Part shown: in pieces, positions 18,337 through 26,730 of the stretch | Numbering within the stretch: position 1 is the stretch's first letter | Layout of the letters: every line of letters starts with the position of its first letter | NCBI GenBank assembly: GCA_965247115.1 | Contig: CBDFGR010000003.1 | Span: 96,001 to 160,000 of the forward strand | Direction: 5' to 3' | Origin: Myxococcota bacterium | GTDB taxonomy: Bacteria > Myxococcota_A > UBA9160 > SZUA-336 | Length of the DNA: 64,000 bases | Translations under genes and position numbers: made by a program | Notes under the pieces: model-generated | Database searches by the model: none | What the model was told of the DNA's origin: nothing | What the model saw: the letters and a program-made list of their open reading frames with translations, nothing else

Positions 18337-19203
18337 CTATTCTTCCTCTGGCTCCCCGGCGGACCCTCTCGCCGAGACCTCTTCGCGGGCCTTCTCGCTG
18401 ACCGAGGCCCAGGCGCGTTCTGCCTCCTTGCCGGCCGCCACGATCTGGTCCGAGTCCGGGGCGGTGTCAACCGCCGCGCGTACACGCACGGGACCGAATA
18501 GCATGCCGTCCGCGTTGATGTTCTGGAACAGGCGCAACGCCTGAATTTTTGCCAGCTCGAGGATCGCGAGGAAAGTCATCACAATTCTGTGTCGTGTGAA
18601 ATCGGCATCCCGCAGCAGATCCTCGAAGCGCAGGGAGTCCGTCGTACGGCTGCGAAGCTGGTCCATGACCGCGACCATCCGCTCCTGCAGTGTGATCCGC
18701 TCGAGCGCGATCCGATGATGTTGCTCCTCTTCGGGGAGGCTCTCCAGCACGCGGCGCATGGCTTCCACGAGAGCGAACAGGCTGACGTGCAGGCTCGGCT
18801 CGGCCTCCGGGAGCCCCGCAACGTCTGCCAGAGACGTGAAGACGTCCCTTCCCAGGAGCGGCCGCCGATCGAACTCGATGGCAACCTCCTTGAAGATGGC
18901 GTACTCGGCCAGGCGGCGGGCCAGCTCGGCTCTGGGATCGCCGCCTTCCTCTTCGTCGAGGTCGCCCGGAGCCGGCGGCAGCAGCATGCGCGACTTGATG
19001 TACGCGAGCGTGGCGGCCATCAGCAGGTAGTCGGCGGCCACGTTGATGTCGAGCTGCCGCATCAGCTCGAGGTACTCGAGGTACTGCTCCGAGATCAGCG
19101 CGACCGGAATGTCGGCGACATCGACCTCGTTGCTCCGGATCAAATGGAGCAGCAGGTCGAGGGGCCCCTCGAACACGGGCAGGTTTACGGCACAGCCGCG
19201 CAT
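18337..19203 (-). CDS. scpA: Segregation/condensation protein ScpA
   Basis: FEGPLDLLLHLI, ADYLLMAATLAYIKSRMLLP, TFLAILEL. Alternative GTG start at 19251. Confidence 0.92.
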   Translation of the reverse strand: MRGCAVNLPVFEGPLDLLLHLIRSNEVDVADIPVALISEQYLEYLELMRQLDINVAADYLLMAATLAYIKSRMLLPPAPGDLDEEEGGDPRAELARRLAEYAIFKEVAIEFDRRPLLGRDVFTSLADVAGLPEAEPSLHVSLFALVEAMRRVLESLPEEEQHHRIALERITLQERMVAVMDQLRSRTTDSLRFEDLLRDADFTRHRIVMTFLAILELAKIQALRLFQNINADGMLFGPVRVRAAVDTAPDSDQIVAAGKEAERAWASVSEKAREEVSARGSAGEPEEE

Positions 19204-19283
19204 ACCCGCAGGGCTGGCTTCGCCTGAGCTGTCCAGTTCAGTTCTGATCACACGAGACCCGACGGGGCTACGTCGGCGGCAGA

Positions 19284-20567
19284 CTACCCAATCTGTCGCC
19301 GTCGAGCCAACCAACGACGGGCCCAGACGTCGTCTACGGCACGACCGTCGAGAGCGCGTCGCCTCGCGACCCGAAGCAGCTTGCCGACGAGCGGGCCCCG
19401 AGCCCCGAGGGCGCGGGCCCGGTGGCCGTCAAAGGGGCCTCGCACATGACGCAGGCTGCGCGCGTAGCGCACGACGCACCGCTGGCTCGCGCTCGGCGCG
19501 CTGCAGAAAAGCATCAGCAGAGCCGGCTCCGTGCTGCCAGACAGCGTGGCGTCGAGCTGGCCGGGGCTGTGCGCCCCGGCGAGGGCGCGCAGTAATCTCG
19601 GGTGGGCCGCTAGGTCGCGCTCGATCCTCTGGGCCGCGCTTCCGGCGATCCCCAGGCGCTCGAGCACTCGCGAGCGGAGCCTCTTCCTCAGGCCGCTCTG
19701 CAGGAGGCGCAGCCCGCACGCTCGGATCTCGCGATCCGCTGCGGCCTCGGACCACGGCGCGCGGACTTTTACCCGATCGAGGCGGCGGAGCGCGCGGCCG
19801 CCAGCAGCCGCGAGATCCCAGCCCTGCACGGCGGCCTCGAGAAGCCCGAGGCGCTGCGTCTGTGCGAGCGCCCTGGCGCTGGCCCCCTCGTCCAGCAGGC
19901 GCTCGAATTCGTGGAGGACGCGGGCAGCCGAGAGCGTAGCGACCGAGTCATGGCGCACGGCGCTCCGCGCGAGGGCTGCAGTCTTCCGGTCCAGACGAAA
20001 GCGCAGGCGGGCTGCGTAGCGCGCCGCCCGATACAGGCGGGTCGGGTCGTCCGTGAAGCTCGCGCTATGCAACACGCGCAGACGGCGAGCCTCGAGGTCC
20101 TCGAGACCGGCATGAAGATCGACAAGTACGTCTCCTGAATGCTCGTCGAGAGGCAGCGCCATCGCGTTTACGCTGAAGTCCCGCCGAGCGAAGTCCTCCT
20201 CGAGCTCCGCCGGTTGCACGCGCGGCAGGGCCCCGGGCTTCCGGTAGACCTCGGTGCGCGCACGGGAGAGATCGATCCGAAACTCGGCTCCCTGAAGCGT
20301 CGCGGTGAAAAATCGAGAGTGGTGTCGAACACGCGTCGAGAGGCGCCGGGCGCACGCTTCAGCGATCTGCTCCAGCCGATCCGACAGCAGCACGTCCACG
20401 TCTTGCACGGGCAGGCCGAGCAGCAGATCTCGGACGGGCCCTCCCACCAAGAACACTCGCACGTCCCGGCGCCGTGACTCCTCCACCACGATGCGCAGTG
20501 GATCGCCCCGGGTCTCCAGTGCCCGGAACAGGCGTCGCCGCAGCGGCGCGGCGGGCAGCGTCTTCAT
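19284..20567 (-). CDS. Class II tRNA nucleotidyltransferase (CCA- or A-adding)
   Basis: LVGGPVRDLLLG..DVD, ARTEVY..PGALP, EDFARRDFSVNAMA, SFTDDPTRLYRAAR. Confidence 0.85.
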   Translation of the reverse strand: MKTLPAAPLRRRLFRALETRGDPLRIVVEESRRRDVRVFLVGGPVRDLLLGLPVQDVDVLLSDRLEQIAEACARRLSTRVRHHSRFFTATLQGAEFRIDLSRARTEVYRKPGALPRVQPAELEEDFARRDFSVNAMALPLDEHSGDVLVDLHAGLEDLEARRLRVLHSASFTDDPTRLYRAARYAARLRFRLDRKTAALARSAVRHDSVATLSAARVLHEFERLLDEGASARALAQTQRLGLLEAAVQGWDLAAAGGRALRRLDRVKVRAPWSEAAADREIRACGLRLLQSGLRKRLRSRVLERLGIAGSAAQRIERDLAAHPRLLRALAGAHSPGQLDATLSGSTEPALLMLFCSAPSASQRCVVRYARSLRHVRGPFDGHRARALGARGPLVGKLLRVARRRALDGRAVDDVWARRWLARRRQIG

Positions 20568-21457
20568 CGGCGGGAGCCGCCTCGAGGATGGCGGCGCTCC
20601 ACCAGCTCGCGCAGACGCGCCCGGCTGACGTGCGTGTAGATCTCCGTCGTCGCGATGTCCGCGTGACCCAGCATCTCCTGCACCGAGCGCAGATCGGCGC
20701 CACCTTCCAGCAAGTGGGTCGCAAACGAGTGCCGCAAGACATGGGGCGTGAGCTTGTGGGCAATGCCAAGCAGCTGTCCGTAGCGGCGAATGCGGTACCA
20801 GACCGCCTGACGCGTGAGCGCAGCTCCGCGCTGTGAGACGAAAACCTCAGGCGGTCCGGCTCCCCGAACGCAGCGCGGACGCACTTCCTCGAGATAGCGC
20901 GACAGCCGGTTGACCGCTGGCGCGCCAAGCAGCGCCAGCCGCTCGCGACGTCCCTTTCCCTGAACCGTGCAGCAGTGCGAGTCGAGCTGAAGATCGGCGA
21001 GTCGGAGGGACGTGAGCTCGGACACTCGGAGCCCCGCCGCGTAGAGAACCTCGAGCATCGCTCGATCCCGGATGCCGAGCACGGACTCGTCGGGCGCTTC
21101 CACCAGGGCGCTGACCTCTGCAAGGCTCAGGACCTTCGGCACGCTACGCGCGCCCTTGGGTCGAGATACGTCCCCGAGTGGGTCCGTCTCGAGCCGCCCC
21201 TCACTGCGCAGGTAGGAAAAGAGCCGGGAGATGGCCGAGAGAGCCCGGGAACGCGTCGAGGCGGCGCAGCTGCGAGCCTCGAGGGCGTCGAGATGGCGGC
21301 GCAGCGAGGACGCATCAACGCTCTCGACCGCGACCTCGCCAACGCTGTCCGCAAGACTCGCGAGGTCGCGCCCGTAGGCCTCGATGGTGGCTGGCGACAA
21401 GCCACGCTCTACGGCCAGATGAGCCAGGAACGCATCAATCGCAGCGTCGAGCTTCAC
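20564..21457 (-). CDS. xerD: Site-specific tyrosine recombinase XerD
   Basis: RDRAMLEVLYAAGLRVSEL, GKGRRER, TPHVLRHSFATHLLEGGADLRSVQEMLGHADIATTEIYTHV. Confidence 0.92.
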   Translation of the reverse strand: MKLDAAIDAFLAHLAVERGLSPATIEAYGRDLASLADSVGEVAVESVDASSLRRHLDALEARSCAASTRSRALSAISRLFSYLRSEGRLETDPLGDVSRPKGARSVPKVLSLAEVSALVEAPDESVLGIRDRAMLEVLYAAGLRVSELTSLRLADLQLDSHCCTVQGKGRRERLALLGAPAVNRLSRYLEEVRPRCVRGAGPPEVFVSQRGAALTRQAVWYRIRRYGQLLGIAHKLTPHVLRHSFATHLLEGGADLRSVQEMLGHADIATTEIYTHVSRARLRELVERRHPRGGSRR

Positions 21458-21658
21458 GCCAACCCCCACCGCGAATGTGTACCACCGCCCGACCGCCCCT
21501 CGCCACCGCTCTCCAGGAGTGCTGCCGCTCTCTAGACCCCAAGGAAGGGATACCCGCGCTCCTCGACCATCGCGACTGGGTGCGTCATGAGGAAGCTCCG
21601 AAGAAAAGCGCCTCGGAGCCGCGGCTGCGAAGCCGGTAGCCCGCGTGAGTGGGTCAGT

Positions 21659-22348
21659 CTAGGGCGAGGCACGCGCCCCTCCAGGGACATCCAGAGGATC
21701 GAGCAACCCGTAGCGCCGCCAACCCTCTCTGAGAAGCCAGGTGTGCGCAGCAGCGACCGGAACCTCGTCCCCCATCTCTCGCCGCATTGTTCCTCTTCTC
21801 CAACCGTCAAACCATCGCCCGGATGAGGCGGGATCCAGCTCCCCTAGCGCCCTACGGCGATGCCGCGCCGCGTTGAGCAGGACGTACCGGACCGCATTCC
21901 GGACCTCGCGCGGCGTCCTCAAGATCCGCGCGTGGTAGCGATCCGCCAGCAGCCCCCCACGCCACCCAAACACACGCCTCATCGTCCAGACCATCCTCCG
22001 GCTCAGACTCTTCATCCCCCGACCGAGCGCGTACTGATCCTTCGCCTCGACGATAAGGTGCGCGTGGTCCCGCAAGAGCGCGTAGTGCACCAGCCGAAAC
22101 TCCCCCCGGTCGCACCCTCGCGCTAGCGTCTCCTCAAACGCCCGCACAAAGGCCGGAGCCCGCAACGACGGAGCACCATCGCGCACCCGCAGGGTCACGT
22201 GACACGGATGCCGCGACGCGAGACTCTGCCGACTTCGGTGGCGAACCAGCGGATTCGGCCCAGGCTTGCGCCCCGCCCCCTCGCGCCGCCCGCCATGACG
22301 CGCCAGAGGCCGTAGACGAAGCGAGAGCTGCCGATCTGACTTTCTCAC
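21659..22348 (-). mobile_element. HUH Y1 transposase, REP-associated tyrosine transposase (RAYT)-like
   Basis: PCHVTLR, HUH motif DHAHLIVEA, ADRYHARIL, catalytic-Tyr region RYVLLN. Basic N-terminus GGRREGAGRK. Confidence 0.8.
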
Positions 22349-22353
22349 GTCTT

Positions 22354-22395
22354 CACCAATTGGTGTAGATTAGGGCTTTCTATTTATTCTGTCAA
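22354..22395 (-). promoter_or_regulatory. Sigma-70 promoter of the RAYT-like gene with a palindromic site
   Basis: Minus strand TTGACA (22395-22390), 17-nt spacer, TAATCT (22372-22367). Perfect palindrome CACCAATTGGTG at 22354-22365. Confidence 0.7.
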
Positions 22396-22400
22396 GATAG

Positions 22401-22747
22401 GTCCGGTCCTGGCACATGGTTTACAGAAGTCCGTAGTTTACAAAAGTCCGAGAACACCGTTTACACCTGGGAGATGCCTGGATGGAAACGAATAAAGAAG
22501 ATCAAAGGGGAAACTTCGTGATGGAGTTCCTGAGCGGACAGTGGTCGATGACCGAGTTCTGCGAGCGCTACCGAGTGAGTCGTCCGACCGGGTACAAGTG
22601 GCTGCACCGAACTAACGAGGGCCTTGCGGGACTGGGCTCCTGCGAGCCCGTGTCTCGAAGCCAAGGACATCAAGGGAACAGAGAAAGGAACGACAGAGTG
22701 TTACCTATGTTGCCGGTCTAACCGTTACCCATGTCTACAGTTGAACA
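22401..22747 (+). mobile_element. Internally deleted IS481-family element (relic)
   Basis: Frameshifted N-terminus MP/WMETNKEDQRGNFV..FCERYRVSRPTGYKWLHR joined to an IS481-like right end TGTTACCTATGTTGCCGGTCTAACCGTTACCCATGTCTACAGTTGAACA. No DDE domain. Confidence 0.75.
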
Positions 22748-22882
22748 AAGGGAGGTCCGGTCAAGCCGAGATCCTCAGCGCTGCCCTCACCTGTCTGTGG
22801 CAGACATCACCCATGGAAGGCCGAGTACCTAGCCGGTTTCTACTCGGTGAAGGAGCTCTGCGAGCAGTTTTGGGGTCGGCCG

Positions 22883-25591
22883 CTAGACGCGGTCATCCTG
22901 GATGGCTCGGAGGACGCTGGCTTCGATCTCTTGCTGACGTCCGGGATCCGCCACCTTGTCGCCACCGTTGGTGATGTAGAAGGTGTCCGTGACGCGGTTC
23001 GCGCGAGTGGCCGCACGGGACATGACGATCTCCAGACCGAGGTCTGAGAGGGCGCGCGTGATGTCGAAGAGGAGTGCTGGGCGGTCGTTCGTGGACACGT
23101 CGATGATCGTGTAGAAATCCGAGTCCTGGTTCGCGATGCGGACGGTCGGCGGCGCAGCCCTCAGGCTGCGCGGCCGCCTCGCGCTGGGTCGGGCCGTGTG
23201 GGTGCCCGCATCCCGGACGCCCGAGAGTAGCCCGCGAAGCCGGGTCTCGATCCGATCCACCTCGAGCTCTTCTTCCGCCGCGCCGCCCGCGATCGGATCC
23301 AGCTGGTAGATCTCGATCGCGAGGCCGCTGCGCGTCGTGTAGACGTGCGCGGCCAGGATGTTGTGCCCGCAGGCCGTGAGCACGCCGGTCACCTGCGAGA
23401 ACAACCCCGGGCGATCCTGCGCGATCACACAGATCCCCCAGAACTCTTGCTCGTCGTGATCCGGATGGAAGGGGTAGACGCCGACAAGGTCGTCACAAGC
23501 GACGAACGCCAGAGCGGAGCGGAGCTGCGCCAGGAGCTGGCCCGGACTGTGGTCGAGAAAGAGTCGCGGCGGGACCACGTCGAGGAAGTTCTCGACTTTC
23601 GGACGACTCGCGCCGTCCTCCACCAACCGATCCGCTGCCTCCCGCCGAGCCTCGTCCGCGCGCGTCATGGCGCGCTCGAGATACGCGCGGGTGGCGTCGG
23701 GTGCCTCGCCGCCGACCTCCAGCCACTCCGCGGCGTTGCGGTAGAGCGCCTCCAGCAGGCCTCCCTTCCAGGTGGTCCACGCTTCGGGGGAAACGCTGCG
23801 GATGTCCGCGATCGTCGCCAGATAGAGGCTGCGCAGCCGCTCGCGGCTCCCGCACAAGTTGGCCAGGTTGAGGATGACGCGAGAGTCGTGCACGTCGCGC
23901 CGCTCTGCCATCTGACTCATCGTCAGGTGCTCGCGAACGATGAACTCCACCCGGTCCTGCTCGTCTTCACTAAAGCCGAGACGCTGAGCAATGTCCGGGA
24001 TCATCGCCGCGCCCCTCTCGGAGTGTCCACCTCCGAGACCCTTGCCGATGTCGTGCAAGATGCAGCCAAGGTAGATGACCTCCGGCGCCTGGATCTCGCG
24101 GACGAGAGCAGTCGGGAACGGGAGCTCTTCGCGAAAGTTCCCCTTGCGAAGCCGTCGAAGCTGCTCGACGAGAAACAGCGAGTGCACGTCGACGGTGTAC
24201 GTGTGGTACATGTCCTGCTGCCACAATCCCACGAGTCGACCGAACTCGGGCAAGTAGGCTCCGAGCAGATCCAGCTCGTCCATGACCGCGAGCGTTCGAT
24301 AGACGCGGTTCGGAGACTGCAGCAGCTGCCGGAACAGCGTAGCGGCCTCGGGATCCTTTCGGAACGCGTCGTCCACCAGATGCAGGTGGTGGCGGACCAG
24401 GCGTTGGGCGCGGGCGGAGAGCTCCACGTCGTGGTGCTGAGCGAGCGCGAACGCGGAGAGCAGGCGCACGGGGCGCTCCTCGAGCAACGAGGCACTGGGG
24501 ATCTCCAGACGGCCGTCGACGAGCGCAAAGCCTTCGGCCAGAGCGTAAGAGCCGCGCTGGACAGAGGGGTGGCGCAGACGCTCGGAGTTGCGCGCGTCGT
24601 CGATCACCCGACGGCTCAGGCGCGCCACCGCACGCGCGTGTATGTAGTAGGAGCGCATGAGCTCCTCGATCGGGAAGGCACCATCGCCACCCTGGTAGCC
24701 GAGACGCTCTGCCAGATGCTCCTGCAAGACAAAATGGAGCCGATCGTTCTTTCGACCGCTCCGGTGGAGCTCGTTGCGCGCGCGCCACAGGAAGTCGAGT
24801 GCTACCAGCAGCTCGTCGAGCTCCTCGGCGTCGAGGAAGCCGTGCAGGAGCAGATGCTCCGGCCGCCTGACCTCCCAGCGAGACGCGCGCGCGGTCCACA
24901 TGGCGGTGTGGTAGTCGCGCAGGGCACCGACGCCCTCCCGGAGGTTCGGCTGCAACAAATAGAGCGACTCGCCGAAGCGCTCGTGCCTGTCTCGCATCTC
25001 CTTGAGCTTGCCGTCTACGAAGCTCGTAGCGTGCTTCTTCAGGTAGTCGCGGACCTCGTGCTCCAGCTCCGCGTGGAGGCCCGGATCGCCGATCAGGAAA
25101 CGAGCGTCGAGAAACGACGTCAGCGTCGGCAGATCCTCGCGCCCGACTCGCATGCAATCCTGAATGGTGCGAGTCGCATCGCCCAGGGTGAGCTGCGCGT
25201 CCCACAGCCGGTGCGTGATCACCTCGGTCAGCGTCTCGACGTACGGATTGATCTTGCCACGGTAAACGAAGAGAAGATCGATGTCGGAGCCGAGGGACAG
25301 CTCGCGTCGTCCGTAGCCGCCGACCGCAATCACCGAGAGACGAAAGTCCAGCCGCGGAAAGTGCTCGAAGTACCGGTCCTCGGCCAGGCGGAACAGCTTG
25401 CGGACCAGACGATCGACGAGATCTGCGTGCTCCTCGTTCACCCGACGCGCCGGGACGCCGTCGTCGTGGAGTCCAAGCAGGTAGGTACGAACGGCGTCGA
25501 GGTAGCTGCGGACGAAGGGATTCAGCTGAGAAGATGTCGTCTCAGCGACCGGGCCCACCGCCTTGAAAAACTCGTCGCAAACGGGCTGCAC
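22883..25591 (-). CDS. glnD: [Protein-PII] uridylyltransferase
   Basis: AVGGYGRRELSLGSDIDL, YHTYTVDVH, LHDIGKG (HD domain), two C-terminal ACT domains (DRPGL, DRPALL). Confidence 0.95.
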   Translation of the reverse strand: MQPVCDEFFKAVGPVAETTSSQLNPFVRSYLDAVRTYLLGLHDDGVPARRVNEEHADLVDRLVRKLFRLAEDRYFEHFPRLDFRLSVIAVGGYGRRELSLGSDIDLLFVYRGKINPYVETLTEVITHRLWDAQLTLGDATRTIQDCMRVGREDLPTLTSFLDARFLIGDPGLHAELEHEVRDYLKKHATSFVDGKLKEMRDRHERFGESLYLLQPNLREGVGALRDYHTAMWTARASRWEVRRPEHLLLHGFLDAEELDELLVALDFLWRARNELHRSGRKNDRLHFVLQEHLAERLGYQGGDGAFPIEELMRSYYIHARAVARLSRRVIDDARNSERLRHPSVQRGSYALAEGFALVDGRLEIPSASLLEERPVRLLSAFALAQHHDVELSARAQRLVRHHLHLVDDAFRKDPEAATLFRQLLQSPNRVYRTLAVMDELDLLGAYLPEFGRLVGLWQQDMYHTYTVDVHSLFLVEQLRRLRKGNFREELPFPTALVREIQAPEVIYLGCILHDIGKGLGGGHSERGAAMIPDIAQRLGFSEDEQDRVEFIVREHLTMSQMAERRDVHDSRVILNLANLCGSRERLRSLYLATIADIRSVSPEAWTTWKGGLLEALYRNAAEWLEVGGEAPDATRAYLERAMTRADEARREAADRLVEDGASRPKVENFLDVVPPRLFLDHSPGQLLAQLRSALAFVACDDLVGVYPFHPDHDEQEFWGICVIAQDRPGLFSQVTGVLTACGHNILAAHVYTTRSGLAIEIYQLDPIAGGAAEEELEVDRIETRLRGLLSGVRDAGTHTARPSARRPRSLRAAPPTVRIANQDSDFYTIIDVSTNDRPALLFDITRALSDLGLEIVMSRAATRANRVTDTFYITNGGDKVADPGRQQEIEASVLRAIQDDRV

Positions 25592-25593
25592 TG

Positions 25594-26730
25594 TCAGCGT
25601 CCAGCCACCATTCGAGCGTGGCGATCTCTGTATCTGACCACCCCGCGAGCGATCCCATCCGCCACCGCCCGCGCGAAGCCCCGAGTCTGTAGACGCTTGA
25701 TCTCACTCTTGTTCGTGACGAAGCCCACCTCTACCAGAATCGCGGGCATGTCCGCCTGAAACAGCACCAGGAAGGGGCCGCGTTTGACGCCGAGATTTCC
25801 CGTCGCTCGGTGGTCCTTCCGCAGCCGCTTCACCAGACCCGTCTGCACGTCTTCTGCGAGCCGCGCGGCGTAGCGCTCGGTATAGCCCAGCCGAAGGGAT
25901 GCCACGATCAGGTCCAAGTCGGTGAGCTGGGCCACCGTGGTGCCGTTCTCACGTGCCGCTACGCGCGCAGTCTGGCGATCGTAACGGGTGTCGAGCAGGT
26001 ACGTCTCCACGCCATGCGTGTGCCGATTCGGCGAGGCGTTGGCGTGGATCGAGATGAACAGGTCGGCATTCGCTCGGTTTGCCCGCGCGGGTCGCGCGGC
26101 GACCGGCAGGAAGACATCGGAGTCGCGGGTCATCAGCACCTCGAAGCCGCGCTGCTCCAAGCGCCCGCGCAGTTCCTTGGAGATGCGCAGGACCACGTCC
26201 TTCTCACGTACACGGCCCCGTGTCGCCCCGGGGTCCTTGCCACCATGTCCCGGGTCGATCACCACGCGTCGCACCGGGCGCTCGTCGAAGTCCCGCCCAC
26301 TCGCGACGGCAGGTGGGCGGGAGGCGCCGGTGTAGACGTCGGTCACGATGCGGAACGGGTTCTCGAGCTGGAAGGTGCGGTAGCCGTGATCGTTCCCGGA
26401 CAGCTCCAGCACCACGCGCGCGCGGTGGAGCGTGTTCTGACCGCCGCGAACGAGACGCACGGGCGTAGTGGAGCCCCGCGCGCCGCGCGGCTCGCGCAGC
26501 TCCTTCCCGAGCCACGTATCCTCGATGTCGATGTAGAGCCGGTGTGGATCCTCGATCTTGTGGGTCTGGAAGGACACGCGCCGTGACAGCTCGATCGTGA
26601 TGCGTGTATAGGCGGAGTGGGCGTAAACCCGGATATCGGCGACGTCGCCAAGCCCCGGAGGGCGGTCCCCGGCGCCGAGGCAGACGGCTGCCACAAGTAC
26701 GAGCAACGCGCAGCGGGCGGGGGATCTCAT
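25594..26730 (-). CDS. N-acetylmuramoyl-L-alanine amidase (AMIN + Amidase_3)
   Basis: VIDPGHGGKDPGA, EKD, FISIHANA, PAILVEVGFVTN. Confidence 0.92.
   Translation of the reverse strand: MRSPARCALLVLVAAVCLGAGDRPPGLGDVADIRVYAHSAYTRITIELSRRVSFQTHKIEDPHRLYIDIEDTWLGKELREPRGARGSTTPVRLVRGGQNTLHRARVVLELSGNDHGYRTFQLENPFRIVTDVYTGASRPPAVASGRDFDERPVRRVVIDPGHGGKDPGATRGRVREKDVVLRISKELRGRLEQRGFEVLMTRDSDVFLPVAARPARANRANADLFISIHANASPNRHTHGVETYLLDTRYDRQTARVAARENGTTVAQLTDLDLIVASLRLGYTERYAARLAEDVQTGLVKRLRKDHRATGNLGVKRGPFLVLFQADMPAILVEVGFVTNKSEIKRLQTRGFARAVADGIARGVVRYRDRHARMVAGR

Noticed and set aside
20564..21457. Tyrosine recombinase as a phage or island integrase
   Set aside because: Sequence and operon context (nucleotidyltransferase-scpA-scpB-rluB) fit housekeeping XerD.
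22410..22425. Sigma-54-like TGGCAC-N5-TTACA
   Set aside because: Lacks the -12 GC and coincides with the IS481 left-end motif.
23345..25759. 804-aa plus-strand ORF and similar long antisense ORFs (2677-4593, 26604-28154, 50056-51624)
   Set aside because: Shadow frames opposite well-supported genes in high-GC DNA, with no recognisable motifs.
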